Below, in pieces: positions 19,871-29,734 of a DNA stretch of 64,000 bases. This DNA comes from an uncultured bacterium (GTDB lineage Bacteria > Babelota > Babeliae > Babelales > Babelaceae): NCBI GenBank assembly GCA_963819815.1, contig CAWFXL010000001.1, positions 1,216,001 through 1,280,000 on the forward strand, given 5' to 3'. The first letter of the stretch is position 1; every line of letters begins with the position of its first letter. A program made the translations under genes and the position numbers. Under the pieces are notes generated by a model. The model made no database searches and was not told where the DNA came from. It was given only the letters and a program-made list of their open reading frames with translations.

Positions 19871-22196
19871 CATGATGTTGGCTGCCTTGGGAGGGCAGCT
19901 TTTGTCCGCAACTCTTTCCCTTGAAGAGGCTCAAGTTTTCGTAAAAGATACCCTGCGACTATTTATTACTGATGAAGAAATCTCTAAGAAAGAGATTTTT
20001 AAGAAGGCATCACGTACGCTTTTTAAACTAAAACAATCTGCAAGTCTCGACCGAGAAAAGTGTTGCTTGCTTTTTGATGAGCTTATAAAGGACCACTCTT
20101 CTTGCAAATTGCTTCCTCTTCCCAGAATCATCGATAGTGCAAGATATGGAAATGCAAGTGTTTTAGCATCACAACGAGTTTTCTATCTTCAGCATGATGA
20201 TCAACAAGATGATTCTTGGTCGTGTGGATACCGGTCAATTTTGAGTGCAGCATGGCTCCAAAGTCATCTTAAACCTGGATCGGTTATGTCAAGTACAGAT
20301 TTAGGAAGTATGTGTCGTGATCTGCGTCTGCGTAACCCCGGTATTAGGGGATGTATAGAGTATATTGCTTTTCGGACTAAGATTGAGGAGGTACGCTCTC
20401 TTATAAGAGAAGACCAAAATAATGTGGAAGAAGCTTTAGCTCTGTTGAGTGAACAGGAACCGGATACTCTGAAGGTTCTTTTACAACTTCAACCTGATTA
20501 TTTTATCAGACGGGTTGTTTTGAAATTTTTGAAGGCAAATCTTAAAGATGGTCGTATTGTTGATTCGATTGCATTAATGGGAAAAGCCTCTCATAACGCT
20601 ATTAAGGCTGCGGGTACCCAGTTAGTTAAACTCGTGATGAGAAAGATTACCGTATCGAAAGTTGATGCTCTCCTCAAAGCCATACAAGATGCGCTTAAGC
20701 GCGAGAAGGATTCGGAACTTAAGCGCATTGTTTCAGGAACTCATCTAGAGGCCAGAGTAGAAATGGTTGAACTTATGCTTACTAGCCGACCGCTAAGCTT
20801 GAAGAACCAGATAGCTGCTCTTTGCGAACGAGACAGCGCTGTAAAAGAAAGATATAAACAGCTACGTCAAGAATTGGAACGAGTAAAGTCTCTTAATTTC
20901 TCTGAGTTTTCTGCTGAAATAGAGGCATGCCGTAATAAGGTAAAAGCCGTTATTGAGGCAAATACTCAGGAGATACAAGATGTCCTTTGTGCTAATGATC
21001 CTCGATTGAGGGAAATTAACCAAGTTATTGATCGTTGTGGTGACCCTAAGATACGAGCTGCTCTTGCACTTTTCCACTCTGCTGACTTTGCGCATGATGA
21101 AGTTATTGACCTTTTAAAAAGTTCTGAAATAAATGGTATTCAAGGCGCCCTCCAGCTTATCGATGAAAGTCAATGTACCTTGATTCAAAAGTATATTGCA
21201 GATGTTACAGAGCGCTTGGCTAAAAATGAGCCTGAAGGCCCCGCAAGCATAGGTGGTTCATCTTCTGATTCGGCAGTTGAAAGGGTTTTAGGGCTTCTTC
21301 AAATGGCTGTAGATCTTCTTAATGAGAAGAGGGTGGATGCTGAAAAGAATATACGGGAGGCTCGAAACGTTTGGCGGGAAGCGGTTAATGAAAGGTTTCT
21401 TAATGCTTTTTCTAGGCTTGGGTTTGGGTGTCCTAAAGCCGGTGTGCTTACTGTTCCTACCGAACAATTGCGTGGTTATGTAGAGAAGCTTAGGGATCCC
21501 CTCATAGATCGAGCTAAAAGGGCTCTTGATAATTTACAACCTGGGGATGATATGCGCAATGCTGTTGCAGCAATAAGGGCTATTAGGGATATAACCACGA
21601 AAGAAGATGCAATAGCTCTTTTACAATCTGATCATACAAAGGGAAATGCCTGGACAGTGAGTCCTGTGTATAAACTTGCTTGTCAAAGGTTAGTGGATAT
21701 TAAGAGCGCTTTACCTGAATATGAAGATGAAGCTTATGTGGACCACCTCATTAAGCTAGCCAGAATGCCAATGCTTGGGCTGCCTCAAGACCATGTCCAT
21801 ATGCTTGGGGATTTTGCTAATCGTGGTGATGTTGCTAATCGTGGTCAGCTGTTGTTTGATTTTTTAGACCCCTTTCTTTCTCGTATTTTAGATTCTCTTG
21901 TTGACGCTTGCGAGACACAAGATCAAAAAAGTGACCGTGCTGTGGATGCGATTAGAGAGCATTTTAAGGTCAAATATCTAGATACTAATACAGCAGGTGC
22001 ACATCATTTTATATGCCGCATTAATGGGAATCACTGGATTCTCGTATCTTTGGTTAAATTTGCTGATAGAAAGCCTATATTGGTAGTGCTTGATTCGTTC
22101 AATAAGCAAATTGAGTCTAATAGTGGATCCGGCAGTGTTGGTGCTGATACGGTGCTTGCCTTTCTCTATAATAAATTACTAGTCCCTCTTGGGTAA
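19863..22196 (+). CDS. Paralogue B: putative papain-fold cysteine peptidase (deubiquitinase-like) with a large helical insertion
   Basis: QQDDSWSCGYR (Cys121) ... NHWILV (His724) ... VVLDS (Asp744). Confidence 0.65.
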   Translation: MNSMMLAALGGQLLSATLSLEEAQVFVKDTLRLFITDEEISKKEIFKKASRTLFKLKQSASLDREKCCLLFDELIKDHSSCKLLPLPRIIDSARYGNASVLASQRVFYLQHDDQQDDSWSCGYRSILSAAWLQSHLKPGSVMSSTDLGSMCRDLRLRNPGIRGCIEYIAFRTKIEEVRSLIREDQNNVEEALALLSEQEPDTLKVLLQLQPDYFIRRVVLKFLKANLKDGRIVDSIALMGKASHNAIKAAGTQLVKLVMRKITVSKVDALLKAIQDALKREKDSELKRIVSGTHLEARVEMVELMLTSRPLSLKNQIAALCERDSAVKERYKQLRQELERVKSLNFSEFSAEIEACRNKVKAVIEANTQEIQDVLCANDPRLREINQVIDRCGDPKIRAALALFHSADFAHDEVIDLLKSSEINGIQGALQLIDESQCTLIQKYIADVTERLAKNEPEGPASIGGSSSDSAVERVLGLLQMAVDLLNEKRVDAEKNIREARNVWREAVNERFLNAFSRLGFGCPKAGVLTVPTEQLRGYVEKLRDPLIDRAKRALDNLQPGDDMRNAVAAIRAIRDITTKEDAIALLQSDHTKGNAWTVSPVYKLACQRLVDIKSALPEYEDEAYVDHLIKLARMPMLGLPQDHVHMLGDFANRGDVANRGQLLFDFLDPFLSRILDSLVDACETQDQKSDRAVDAIREHFKVKYLDTNTAGAHHFICRINGNHWILVSLVKFADRKPILVVLDSFNKQIESNSGSGSVGADTVLAFLYNKLLVPLG

Positions 22197-22412
22197 CTGC
22201 TCTGTGGAGCGATTGTGTGCACCGCTCTATGCTGCTTGGTTGCAGATAAGTCCGTATGGCTGCTGGTATGGCATTTTCCTCCATCTATACTAAGTGTGTA
22301 TGCACTAATTCAACCGACACGTACTCCTTTATTACGATTTATAGGACCTGTTGCTCGCAGGGAGGGGCGTGCTATACTAACGATAATTAACTCTAGTAAC
22401 CTAGGAGAAATT

Positions 22413-23738
22413 ATGAAAAAGATAGTACTATTAGTAAGTATTTTTGGTACAGCATCTATGTATGCAGCCGCACCAGTAGTGAACAATGCGGATGAGTTTA
22501 CTGAAGAATTAAAGAGACAGTTACGTAGCCAGGGGCATAGGGACTGGGAGCAAATTTTTGGTGCGGATTGGAACAAAGCATCAAAAGAAGAAAAAATTGC
22601 TATGATGGAAGGTGCTTTCGCAAATAATAGAGTGCGATGGGACCTTTTAAAGGTTACTGAATCTATCAGAATGTTGGCAAAGCCAAAGACATTAGCATCC
22701 CTTAGTTTAGCATCATTGGGTATCTTTGCAGCGTGGCATGCAACGTCCTTAGTAAAGGATGTGGCGAAACACTACCTTCTTATACCACCGCTTTGCAATC
22801 CTTCTGAGTCTTCGATTCGAGGATGGGATAGCACGGTGAAAGACTTTTTTGTGTATGAGGAAAAAAAGTTCCCTGTACGAAGTGACGTGGTACTTACAGA
22901 GCATCTTAAAGAACGCTTTGCAAAGCTGAGTCACGCGATTACGAATGCAGCCAAGAATGATGTAAACTTTAGACATTATCTTCTGTATGGTCCTCCAGGA
23001 ACGGGTAAAACCATGATGGCAAAAGCAATTGCGCAGGAAGCAGGCCTCGAGCATATGTATTTCTCTGCGGCTAACCTTGAGCAGTATAGTCTTGAAGAGG
23101 GCGTTCAACAGATTCGGCATCTTTTTGAGTATGCAAAATCCTATCCTAAAAAGCTTATGGTTATTATGGATGAAGCAGATAGTATCTTTGCTCATCGTGA
23201 TACTTGTTCTGATAAGGTCCGTACCTTCTTGAACTTAATATTAACGTATACAGGTACTGAACAGAGCAACTATGTGGTAATAGCTATTACCAATAGACCG
23301 CAGGACTTTGATGAGGCTGCGTTGAGCCGTTTTGGGGTGAAGATCAAGCTTGATGCCCCAGGGTTTGAAGAGCGTAAAATGATGTTTGCGAATTATGCCC
23401 AAAAATACTTTGTGGATTCACATACGGTTAATCGTGATAAACGTTCAATCTTCCAATGGTTATTCAGTAGAAAGCCTGCTGAAAGAATGCCATTGAAGAT
23501 CGCAGAAGACGTATTTACTGATGAAACATTCTTTGATCGACTTGCAAAAAGAAGCGAGGGGCTAGCAGGACGTGAGATCGCTGACGTTATATCGAATGTG
23601 CAGCATGATGCGTATGGAACCCCAGATCATACGGTCACCCAAGAAATGCTCTTGAATGCTCTTGAAGATAAGTTTCAAGATATAGCGACGATGAAAGACT
23701 TTACGAAGGGACGTGGCAGAGCAACAGCTGCAGCCTAA
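22413..23738 (+). CDS. AAA+ ATPase, ATAD3-like, with an N-terminal signal peptide
   Basis: AGGAG RBS, ATG 22413, MKKIVLLVSIFGTASMYA; TM segment; FRHYLLYGPPGTGKTM, MDEADSIF, TNRPQDFDEA. Confidence 0.85.
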   Translation: MKKIVLLVSIFGTASMYAAAPVVNNADEFTEELKRQLRSQGHRDWEQIFGADWNKASKEEKIAMMEGAFANNRVRWDLLKVTESIRMLAKPKTLASLSLASLGIFAAWHATSLVKDVAKHYLLIPPLCNPSESSIRGWDSTVKDFFVYEEKKFPVRSDVVLTEHLKERFAKLSHAITNAAKNDVNFRHYLLYGPPGTGKTMMAKAIAQEAGLEHMYFSAANLEQYSLEEGVQQIRHLFEYAKSYPKKLMVIMDEADSIFAHRDTCSDKVRTFLNLILTYTGTEQSNYVVIAITNRPQDFDEAALSRFGVKIKLDAPGFEERKMMFANYAQKYFVDSHTVNRDKRSIFQWLFSRKPAERMPLKIAEDVFTDETFFDRLAKRSEGLAGREIADVISNVQHDAYGTPDHTVTQEMLLNALEDKFQDIATMKDFTKGRGRATAAA

Positions 23739-23758
23739 TTCCTTTACCTTAACTATAC

Positions 23759-23798
23759 AAGACTCCGTATGTGCAACCACATACGGAGTCTTCTTTTT
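23759..23798 (+). terminator. Rho-independent terminator
   Basis: AAGACTCCGTATGTG-CAAC-CACATACGGAGTCTT (15-bp stem) followed by CTTTTT. Confidence 0.85.
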
Positions 23799-23876
23799 GC
23801 TCTAAAAAAATACTCGATCTCTTGACAGTGCCCTAGGCAGTTTTCTAGGCTTGGCTCACATGAAAGAGAGGTCTGT

Positions 23877-24245
23877 ATGCAAAGATTATTTATGCGATGG
23901 TCTGTCGTGCTCAGTGTCGCACTATTTTGTGTAGGTAACGCAGGTCATCTGCACGCCAAAGTTATCACGTTGGTTAATGATGTGGTACATAATGGAGTGG
24001 GGAGTCCTTTTGAGATACCTGAAAGAGTTCACGGTGATAAGCTCGTTATAACATCAACCTCTCATAAAGCGGTAATTATAAGAAAGGGTAGCACGTGGGA
24101 CCTTTCGGATCTATCTTCGACCTATAAGACTATAGAATTTGCGGGAAATGCTCGCTTAGTATGTGAACCAGGCTCTCGACTGCATGGCACCGGTGGGGTG
24201 TTACGCTTTGTAGATGAGGCTCGTTTTATTGTGGGGAAGGAGTAG
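23877..24245 (+). CDS. Small secreted beta-rich hypothetical protein
   Basis: GAGG RBS; signal peptide; TTGACA at 23822 upstream. Confidence 0.7.
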   Translation: MQRLFMRWSVVLSVALFCVGNAGHLHAKVITLVNDVVHNGVGSPFEIPERVHGDKLVITSTSHKAVIIRKGSTWDLSDLSSTYKTIEFAGNARLVCEPGSRLHGTGGVLRFVDEARFIVGKE

Positions 24246-24246
24246 T

Positions 24247-26601
24247 ATGAGCTTGAGCAAGGGAATCATACTGCTTGTCTCCACGGTGTCTTTGTGTAGT
24301 GCGGGAAGAACGGTTACTGATGGGTTTCAAAGTAAATTTGTGCGACCTTCAGTTGATAGACCCACTCCTGATCCTAATCCCTGCTTTCGATTTTTTGATG
24401 TCTATCTGCCTGATGAGTTTGATACGAATCCTGAGATGACCTTTCCTATTGTGTATCATCTTACTGGTTTGGGCGGTACCAATACTCAGTATTCGATGTG
24501 CGATCAGATGGTGATGGATGAGATGCTTGCAAATAAAGAAGTCGTTCCGATGATTATTGTTGCACCAGATCCTAGTACTCTTAATTATAGCAGCAGTTTT
24601 TGGACCGACTCTAATCTCGTGCAAGATCCTACTGAGTCATTTAATAATATGTTTGAAAAATACATAATTGATGAACTCATTCCGTTTGTAGATGCAAAGT
24701 ATCGTCAAAAGACAACTGCTGACGGTGATGCAGGTCCCTTTCGTGCCGTAATGGGTCAATCTATGGGAGGGTATGGTTCTCTATTCTTTGGTATCAAACA
24801 TCCGGAGATGTTTTGTGGGTATGCAGGAGATAGCGCAACAGCTTTTTGGTTGCTCAATACAAACTTAGCCAGTCCCCCAGAGCCCGGGTTTCCTGATGGC
24901 AATCCTATGTTTAGCTTTAGCAAACTTCTTATTCCAGAACTTTCCCAATCAGTGCCTCCGGGAAGACTTGAGTTTGGCAATGGTGATCTTACGGCCGGCT
25001 TTTTTTCTCAGGCAGGAGCATTTAGTCCGATTGTGGAAGGTATTGGGCCATCCAATTGTACCGATGAGACGAATGCCTGTCTTGCTTCAGCACCATTTTG
25101 TTTAGCCTATCCTTTTCTTATGGCTGACCCCGCTACTAATGTTCCTCAGATTGTGAATGGTAGTTTTGTAGTGAACCAACCGATTCTAGATGTCTGGCAG
25201 ACTTTTGATCCCTTTGTATTTCTTGATACTGCTGATCCTGCAACTCTTAATTCTAAGGCAATTTACCTTGATGCGGGTGATGACCTTGTAAATGAGATCG
25301 TTGATAATGTCGGAGCACATTATTTTTCCGCTAAGTTGAGCTCTATGGATGTAAATAATGAATTTCTTTTATTTTGCGGGGGACATACATCATGCACTGC
25401 ACCTCCTATGCTCTACTGTTACCGTTTTACGACGAACCTAAAATTATTCTCAGGTAAGTTTTCAGATGCGGGAATGCCACCAGCTAAAACGGTTATCACG
25501 GGTGACATGACGATTGAACTTGCCGATAGCTCAGTCATGAGCATAACTGATAAAGCGTTGCTTGCTATTGAGACAGTGGATGTATTTAAAGTTTCTAGTA
25601 CGTCAAACGTAACATTTAACATTACTGACTCTGCGCGTCTTGAAATTGGAACTGATGACATACTTGGTGGTGGTCTGCAGGTGGGTAATGCATTTGGTAA
25701 AGCAAACTTGATCTTTGATCATGCTCGTGTTGATGATAGCATAACATGTACTTTGAATATTAATGGGCCAGGTGCGGTCCTTCAGATAGGTAAGCAAGGG
25801 TATCTTGGCTTTGGCATTGGTGTTATTGGTAATAATACCGATGTTGCTAACTACTGGGGACTAACCTCTTTAACTAATGTTGATAGTGTAGTACTTTCAT
25901 TTAACGAAGGACGATTTGAACATAACCAAATAGCTTCAGCATTGGCTGATCGGGGTTCCCTATTAGCACTTGGGGTGAGTAACGCGTATGAGATGATGCT
26001 AAATCCTGAGACCTTCGTCATATCAGGGGGAGCCAATCTTGCAATGATCACCGAAGCAAATCGTATTCATCCTCTTGTACAGGATACTGCTGGTGTTGTC
26101 GACCCAGGTGGAATTCGTAACTGCATTGTGCCAGTACCGGCTCAAGAATTTGATGACTTTTATGGTCCTCCGAAGGGTTTATATAACTCCGAGACCTTCT
26201 CCCAAAACTTACTAACCGTCGGTATCTTATCGTCATCACTGATGCTGTTCGATACTGACAAAGAGCCTCTTGCTAACCCTGCAACGCAGGACCAACTCTA
26301 TACCTTCCTTGCTGTTCAAAATTACTTTGATCAAGGAAGAAAGCGTGCACCTATCAATGAGCTTGATGGGCAGTTAGTTGTTGGCTATATTACGCCTGAG
26401 ACCGTTACCACGGGTGGTGTAACCACAACGACCATGCACATTAATCGCTTTGTGGTGAACCAAGATGATCCCTGTAATGCGTTAACGAACCCCTTTCCCA
26501 CCGATAAAATTCTTGAAGAGGGTGCTGTAGGTATTGCGCTAGCAACTATCGATGGTGAGCTGCAGGTGGTGAGGCTCTTCGATCTTAATCCAGTGGTCTG
26601 A
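24247..26601 (+). CDS. Secreted esterase (alpha/beta hydrolase, Fes/antigen-85-like) fused to a beta-rich C-terminal domain
   Basis: VYLP...PIVYHLTG, nucleophile motif GQSMGGYG, YLDAGD, GGH; C-terminal ~390 aa Gly/Asn/Thr-rich. Confidence 0.8.
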   Translation: MSLSKGIILLVSTVSLCSAGRTVTDGFQSKFVRPSVDRPTPDPNPCFRFFDVYLPDEFDTNPEMTFPIVYHLTGLGGTNTQYSMCDQMVMDEMLANKEVVPMIIVAPDPSTLNYSSSFWTDSNLVQDPTESFNNMFEKYIIDELIPFVDAKYRQKTTADGDAGPFRAVMGQSMGGYGSLFFGIKHPEMFCGYAGDSATAFWLLNTNLASPPEPGFPDGNPMFSFSKLLIPELSQSVPPGRLEFGNGDLTAGFFSQAGAFSPIVEGIGPSNCTDETNACLASAPFCLAYPFLMADPATNVPQIVNGSFVVNQPILDVWQTFDPFVFLDTADPATLNSKAIYLDAGDDLVNEIVDNVGAHYFSAKLSSMDVNNEFLLFCGGHTSCTAPPMLYCYRFTTNLKLFSGKFSDAGMPPAKTVITGDMTIELADSSVMSITDKALLAIETVDVFKVSSTSNVTFNITDSARLEIGTDDILGGGLQVGNAFGKANLIFDHARVDDSITCTLNINGPGAVLQIGKQGYLGFGIGVIGNNTDVANYWGLTSLTNVDSVVLSFNEGRFEHNQIASALADRGSLLALGVSNAYEMMLNPETFVISGGANLAMITEANRIHPLVQDTAGVVDPGGIRNCIVPVPAQEFDDFYGPPKGLYNSETFSQNLLTVGILSSSLMLFDTDKEPLANPATQDQLYTFLAVQNYFDQGRKRAPINELDGQLVVGYITPETVTTGGVTTTTMHINRFVVNQDDPCNALTNPFPTDKILEEGAVGIALATIDGELQVVRLFDLNPVV

Positions 26602-27964
26602 TTACCTAAGTGTGGTAATCGTTCCATCAGTATCTAAAAAACCCTTATAATAATAGGAGATATAAAGTATAGGGCGCTGCCATTCGATAGCTTTAAAGCG
26701 GGCAGCAAGATACATAAGATGCCGAATGTAGGCCGATTTTGCCCAGAAATCATTTGAGAGTTCTGCGATGACCGCATCTGGATACTGATCATCAGGGCTA
26801 TCGCTGAAGAAAAGTTCAGAGCATACGTAGGGTACCAATGCTACGCCCGGTAAGACGGCAAAGGGAACGCGGGGATTTGTGGACGGTTGTACGATAGGAC
26901 CGACTCCATGAAATAGGGTGCGTATAAAGCTTACGTTATACCAACTTATTGATTCAGTAACTGCCATCGTATGCCGTTTATTGAAGCTTTCTTTAATCTG
27001 CCCATCAGAGATCCAGTACACCGTATTACGGTATTGATCATCTTCCCATTTAAAAGCTCCCACTAAGATCTGTATTGGCTTGCCAAGAGATTCAGTATCC
27101 CAATAGGTAGCAAGTTCGCGAGCGGTATCAAGATTCAGCTTAAATAATGAAGATTCGGGAAGGATGACGACCTCGAGGTCCGGGTACTTCGCTATGAGTG
27201 ATCTGATATCATCTTTGATTGCCTCTATCGATGCCATAGGTTGAGGTACCGGCAGGAATTTTTTTTGAAGTGTGGCTACTTTGTGAAGCCATTGAGGGGG
27301 AGTTTGGGGAGGCTTTGCAGACATACACTGTAAAACCCAGGGAAGCATTCCGATAAGAGGGCATATGCATCTTAGGAGAGTACTCTTTGTGAGTAACGGG
27401 ATCGTGAAGGCAGCATTGGTAAGTAACAGAAACCACATGAGAATACCTTTACCCAGTACAGGCATCCATGAAAGAAGTGCTGGCTGTTCTGCCAGGGGAA
27501 GCAGTGGATACAGAAGAAAGTATCCTTCCCAATAATTAAACATGCTTAAACTTAAATGTATAACCCAATAAAAGTAGAAGCCGGTGGTGAGTATCCACAC
27601 GCCAAGTCGTGCATAGGGAGAAACAATCTGTGCTCGCGTAAGGAAGCGTTGAGGTGAGATAAAACCATACCCCTCCAAAGAATCCTTGAATAATGAGAAT
27701 AACTATTGAAGGAATGATACGGGCCCAAACAGGGCCTATTCCTAATAAAAAGAGCGTCTGAAGTATTCCGGCTCCTCCTAGGGCCCAGAGAAGGGCGCTG
27801 TAGAAAAAGCCATCTTTAAAAGTGAGATTCTGGCGTGAGCCAAGATAGAATAATGGCACGAAGCAGATGAAAGAGCCCCACCATAAGGAAGGGCTCATGA
27901 TAAGGGCAAGCCCATACACGAGTGCTGAGCTTGCGAGTATCATCCATCTGTTTACGGTCTTCAT
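26602..27964 (-). CDS. lnt: Apolipoprotein N-acyltransferase (Lnt)-like; one +1 frameshift at ~27652
   Basis: N-terminal TM region (27536..27964) plus nitrilase triad ILPES / FNKRH / YVCSE; removing one base gives a 453-aa ORF. Confidence 0.7.
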
Positions 27965-28560
27965 GCAGCTTCCGCATTTTCTGCTTTCTCTGCAGCCGCT
28001 GCTCCTGTTAGGTCTTTGGTTCCTGCAAGGAAAAGAACTGGCTTATTCTTTACCGGATCCATATAGACGCCAGTACCGTCAGTTTTTAGGGTGATATCCG
28101 CTTTGAAATCACCAGCAAGTTCTTTATGGAGTAATCCAGCATAGGTCATTTTACCGATTTCAACCCACGTTCCTGCGGGATCACTCGCAAAACGGCGATA
28201 GATTCTCATAAGTGTTTTACCAGCAAGTCGAGTACCGGGCCTTTGTCGTTTGTTGTCAAAGGCGATAGTTACCAGCTGACCTTTAGATTCACCCGTTGTT
28301 GGGGTGAAGCTATAGGCAGTTTGAGTACCAGGCTCTTTTGGAAGAGTGAGGGTGACCTTTTTTTCTTGAGTGATCAAACCCAATGAGGTAATTTGATTGC
28401 TCGGTATAGTAAGGGTCATCGTTTCACCAATCGCATTCAAAACCACTGTTTGTTCGCATTGAGAATTTTGCCCACAGGGTTGAAGTACTGTTTTACTATT
28501 GTCTGAATTTGCAAGTAACCCACAGGGGACCGCAAGTAAAGTTATAAGTAATTTCTTCAT
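27961..28560 (-). CDS. Secreted protein, 'NAIG/RPGT' paralogue family
   Basis: Signal peptide; C-x5-C-EQTVVLNAIG; RPGT; overlaps the lnt-like start (ATGA). Confidence 0.75.
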   Translation of the reverse strand: MKKLLITLLAVPCGLLANSDNSKTVLQPCGQNSQCEQTVVLNAIGETMTLTIPSNQITSLGLITQEKKVTLTLPKEPGTQTAYSFTPTTGESKGQLVTIAFDNKRQRPGTRLAGKTLMRIYRRFASDPAGTWVEIGKMTYAGLLHKELAGDFKADITLKTDGTGVYMDPVKNKPVLFLAGTKDLTGAAAAEKAENAEAA

Positions 28561-28581
28561 TATAGTTTCCTTTAATATATG

Positions 28582-29139
28582 TTAGATGTTTACAGTAAAT
28601 GAACCATCTGGTGATAGCGTTACAGAAACTGGTTCAAGAACCTGATTAGTTTCTACGTAGAGGATATTATTTCGTAACCACTCATTTTTCGCATCATTAT
28701 AACGGTAGAGTTCAACGATATTAAAGTCTTTCCCTGCAGTTAACTTCCTTCCTTCTGCTGTTTGATACGTAAAGTATCGAGTACCAGGACGGGGTGTGCG
28801 CTTCATTTCAAGACCTAAGTATACTGTTTTGCCACCTTGGGTAGTAAACTTATATAAAGTCTTAGCGCCCACTTTTGATGGGATCTGCAGCTTCTCATTG
28901 GTTGCTGAGGTTACCGTGCCAAGATCTATAAAAGATGCTGCACCAGGATCCACATCAAATGTTGATCCTATTGCATTGAGAGTTTGAGTTTGGCTACAGC
29001 TACCGCCACCTAGGCAGGTTTGAACACCGATAAGTGCCTTAATGTCAACTTTTGTGCTATCCATTGCTCGCATATCTCTGACGTTATACGCCAGTGCTGC
29101 GAAGGTAAGTGCGGTGATGATTTTGAATTGGTTCTTCAT
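28582..29139 (-). CDS. Secreted protein, 'NAIG/RPGT' paralogue family
   Basis: CLGGGSCSQTQTLNAIG; RPGT; close duplicate of 29735..30307. Confidence 0.8.
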   Translation of the reverse strand: MKNQFKIITALTFAALAYNVRDMRAMDSTKVDIKALIGVQTCLGGGSCSQTQTLNAIGSTFDVDPGAASFIDLGTVTSATNEKLQIPSKVGAKTLYKFTTQGGKTVYLGLEMKRTPRPGTRYFTYQTAEGRKLTAGKDFNIVELYRYNDAKNEWLRNNILYVETNQVLEPVSVTLSPDGSFTVNI

Positions 29140-29157
29140 GGTTATTCCTTTTTGTGA

Positions 29158-29712
29158 TTATGGGTTAATAGTTATAGGAAATGAAACTGGGTCGACGCCC
29201 GTTTTTACGAAGATTATGCCTTCGCGTGACCAGTCATTTTTGGCGTCATTATACCGGTAGATTTCAATGATATGATAATCCTTTCCTGCAGTTAACTTCT
29301 TACCGCCTTTAGTATGTAAGATGGGGAAGTCAGCGCCCGGAGCTGGGACGGGCTTCATTTCAAGTCCCATATGCACCGTTTTACCGTCTTTGCGGGTAAA
29401 TTTAAAGAGTGATTGTGCGCCCACTTTTGCGGGAAGCGTAACTATCTCGACCTGTGTTGAGGTTACTTTCCCTAGATCTTTATACACGGCAGTTTTTGGG
29501 TCAATCGTAAAGATTGACCCAAGTGTATTAACTGACTGATCTGGACTACAGCTGCACATGCGGTTATAAAGGACAGTTGTATTTCCAACTTTCTTAGTGA
29601 AGTACGTGTATATCCTTTCTGCAAATGAGATAACTGATGGTAAGCATAGAAGGATGATCGCTATCCTTTGCCACCATATTACCTTTTCTAATTGCTGAGT
29701 ATCCATGTTCAT
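29158..29712 (-). CDS. 'NAIG/RPGT' family paralogue with a replaced, membrane-anchor-like N-terminus
   Basis: C-terminal two-thirds align with its neighbours (GLEMK, LTAGKD, YRYNDAKN.W); N-terminus is unrelated. Confidence 0.75.
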   Translation of the reverse strand: MNMDTQQLEKVIWWQRIAIILLCLPSVISFAERIYTYFTKKVGNTTVLYNRMCSCSPDQSVNTLGSIFTIDPKTAVYKDLGKVTSTQVEIVTLPAKVGAQSLFKFTRKDGKTVHMGLEMKPVPAPGADFPILHTKGGKKLTAGKDYHIIEIYRYNDAKNDWSREGIIFVKTGVDPVSFPITINP

Positions 29713-29734
29713 TCCTAGCTTGCTGGTGTGTTAT

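Noticed and set aside
22215..22412. N-terminal extension of the AAA ATPase in the ORF track (similarly 6850, 9696, 24214, 42860, 47623, 56364)
   Set aside because: Downstream starts have a better RBS or yield clean signal or prepilin peptides.
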